A DNA stretch of 64,000 nt from Octopus bimaculoides (taxonomy: Eukaryota). Location: contig NC_068981.1 in NCBI RefSeq assembly GCF_001194135.2, positions 145,718,324-145,782,323 of the forward strand, given 5' to 3'. Each line of letters starts with the position of its first letter. Within the stretch, counting starts at the first letter, position 1. This document shows, piece after piece, positions 61,006 to 64,000 of this stretch. A model generated the notes under the pieces. The model was not told where the DNA came from and made no database searches. It saw only the letters and a list, made by a program, of their open reading frames with translations. The position numbers and the translations under genes are program-made.

Positions 61006-63690
61006 TTAAACTGATTATTATCCAAGTCAGCTGTTTGGAGTTACTGGTTTCCAAGACAGATTGGAGGAAACCATGTTTTATTTATATGTTTTCATTTGGT
61101 GAGGTTTCTACTGCTGTATGCTTTTCTTAATACCAACCACTTTACTAAGTGTAGTGGGTGCTGGCACCAGCATGAGAGAAGTTGCTTTGTCTACTCTAAT
61201 CTATGTCCATTTATTCAAGGCATACTTGGGCAAAGTTGGTATGAGTGAAATTAAAGAGAGACTGTTGAGTTTTATATCCTCTGTGTCAGAAAATCTGGTT
61301 GCAACTTAGAGGATGTAATGCTCTTCAGTCTCTCTCTAATTTCACTCACGTCAACCTTCCCTTGAGAAATACATTATGACCAGCGATCTCTAACAACATC
61401 TGATTGTCTGGTTTATACTGTGACATGCACGCACACACAAAAAACACTGTAACCATGACTCTTCTGGAGGGTTTCTGAGCATGAATAAACAGAAAGAAAA
61501 CTGTGACTCGTGGGGGTATGAGGTATATTAACACAGCCCTTATGTTCCTGCCTATTTGGCATTGTTGATTCAATGATGACTTTTCTGACATTAGATATTT
61601 CAATGTTTCTCTTGTTCACTTTTTCTTCCTCTCTCTGTTTATGTGTGTGAATGTATTTATGTATATGAATGTATTTATGTATATGAGGAGAGAGGAAAGT
61701 GTTTATGTCAACATAAAGTGAACAAGAGAAACATTGAAATATGCTGGCACTGTGTAAAAATGTACCCATGCCAGCACCACATGAATCTCACCCATGATAG
61801 TACCACTTAAAAAAGCGTCCAGTACACCCTGTAAAGTGGTTGGCATTAGGAAGGGCCTTCAGCCATAGAAACCATACTAAAACAGATGGAACCTGGTGTG
61901 CAGCCCGTTGGCGTGCCAGATCCTGTCAGAACATGTGACCCATGCTAGTATGAAAAATGAACATTAAGTAACGATGATGTGTTCAATTAATATATTGTAA
62001 TGTCTCATTCTTTCACTCTCTCTGTGTATATTTCTGCACCTGCTTGTATATGTGCATGTTTGCCTCCAGTACAAAATGTTCTTTTGCTAAAACTGGTTCA
62101 GTGTCCTGTCAGCGATGCCAAATTGTCAGCATCCAAACAGTTGCATCCAATCATTTCATTCTAGATATATAGGGAGCCCCAGTAGTTAGTAGTGTATCAA
62201 GATTTACAGTTATCCTCAGACTGGAGTCCTGGTCTAAATGCTAGCAACAGAATAGACTCTGCTAAAGGTAAACAAGGGGCAAGTATGTTTTCGAACGTGG
62301 ATGAAAAGAGAAAACAGTGAATAACTATGAAGAAGGAAAGTTCAGCTTGGGTGAAACGTGTTGTTGTTGACTTGTCTCATGTAAAAAGTTATGTCATTGA
62401 TACTATAAGGTTCAGATGCTAATTGGAAATGAGATGATTGAATGCTGTTGCTTGGATGGTGAACATTTGACAAGGCTGACTGGACATTCAACCTGTTGTG
62501 GCAAGAGTACATTTTGGCATTAGGGGCAAACATACATGTAAGCATGCATGCAGAAATACACACGTAGACATATGTGCCAGTGTCACATGAAAAGCGCCAA
62601 TGCTGGTGCCACATAAAAGCACCTATGCTGGTGCTGTGTACCCAGTACACTCTGTACCCAGTATACTAAATGATGATGATGACATAAAAAGAGTGGGGGG
62701 AGAGACATTACAATTTAATAATTGAATATGATTGTAATAAACACTTTTCCTCTCCTCATACACAATAAGAAATAAGCTCACACACCTAAACAAAGAAAAG
62801 AGAGGAGGGATAAAATGAAAGAAACATTAAAATGTTTGGTGTCCAATAAGCCAGTGTTGACTCAGCCACATCAAACAGGAGGCACCAAAATGACCGTTCC
62901 CATATGTCTCCTACCCAAGTATTATACATCTCATCAGTCATGTAATAGAAATGTAGTTATCTTCTATAATGGTATCATGGAAACAAAATCAGTTTTCCAC
63001 CTCTTTTACTACTGTAACTGTTTTACTCTTCTGAACTAGTTAACTCTATAATCTCTCCCTTGAGTCCACTGGACTACTATGTTTCTTCTCTTACCGTCAC
63101 TCACAAAGTCTCTCTCCTCTTTCTGTCACTACATCATGCATTTCTCTTCTGGCCATACTTTTCCTGCAATGACCTGCAGATGTTGAAGCTGAACAACAAC
63201 AGCATATATCTCACCAGTCTAGAAGTGTGGCCTGCGAAAATCATGTATAACTGACTCTGCACCTCTGATTAACCTAATAAAAAATAGTGATATTTTTAAT
63301 CTTTATTTGTTATATTTCTGTACACTCTGTAAAGTGGTTGGTGTTTGAAAGAGCACCCAGCTGTAGAAACCATGTCAGCTTGGCACAGTTCTTTGGCTTA
63401 CCAGCTCCTGTTAAACTGTCCAACCCATGCTAACATGGAAAATATTAACTGATGATGTTTTTATTTTATTTGTTTTTGCATTTGATATTAGCATATTCCA
63501 TGGCTAAAGGACAGGTCAACATCATTATGTTAGACAGTTTTGTATGATGTTAAAGGTATTCTATAAAATCAGTTAAATATTTGAAACACTTTTGTTTAAA
63601 ATATTATGTTATCTTTGATATTATCTCTCTGTATTCATTTTATAAAAAGAATACTGAAAACTGTAACTTTTGATATTCTAATTTTTACAG

Positions 63691-63806
63691 GAATCCAACA
63701 GCCACAAGCTCAGCGACCTCGTCACAAGGCCAGTTATAGTGAAAAGACATCTCAGTCTGCACAAGCTTCAAATATTCCAATAAATAAGTCAAATTTCATG
63801 GATTAA
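63691..63806 (+). CDS. Candidate terminal coding exon of the gene starting at 47379
   Basis: Acceptor ttctaatttttacag|gaatcc; phase 1 reads (G)IQQPQAQRPRHKASYSEKTSQSAQASNIPINKSNFMD*; AATAAA at 63905-63910. Confidence 0.55.
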
Positions 63807-64000
63807 AAGTTTATAATTAAGAAAAAAAAAAAATCAGTTGTCTAAATTATTAATTTATCTTTTAATTGAAATATTTCAACTCAAAAAACCAAATCACGAT
63901 GCCAAATAAATTTTTTGATAAAATTAAACTAGATCACTTCTTTAAGAAAGCCGGTCCTGGTCATAAATTAACACAAGAAAAAGAAAGTCATGCCAGTTCA

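Overview
This is AT-rich animal genomic DNA with many N gaps that sit next to (CA)n/(TA)n/(GA)n microsatellites. The SINE, RTE and MITE families look like those I recall from octopus genomes; no database search was run to confirm this. Most of the window is layered transposon debris: tRNA-derived SINEs, RTE, R4/Dong, L1/Tx1 and CR1-like LINE fragments, Penelope-like remnants with minimal hammerhead motifs, a Gypsy integrase fragment, a hAT/Charlie copy with an intact 8-bp TSD, mariner, maT (DD37D), pogo, piggyBac-type and Merlin-like MITEs, and a Helitron helicase fragment. Two host genes are supportable. (1) An intact purple acid phosphatase (ACP7-like) on the minus strand, encoded by a single coding exon (32783-34309), with a C-terminal membrane anchor and a GNHE-to-GDHE change in a metal-ligand motif. 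(2) A divergently oriented, unidentified single-pass membrane protein of about 141 aa on the plus strand, with phase-compatible exons at 47379-47688 and 63691-63806. Between the two genes lies a candidate promoter region and a MITE carrying head-to-head TTAGGG telomere-type repeats. I found no CRISPR arrays, rRNA genes or true tRNA genes, and no evidence of a new multi-gene system; the best leads are the unusual phosphatase, the orphan gene, the telomere-repeat MITE and the hammerhead motifs.
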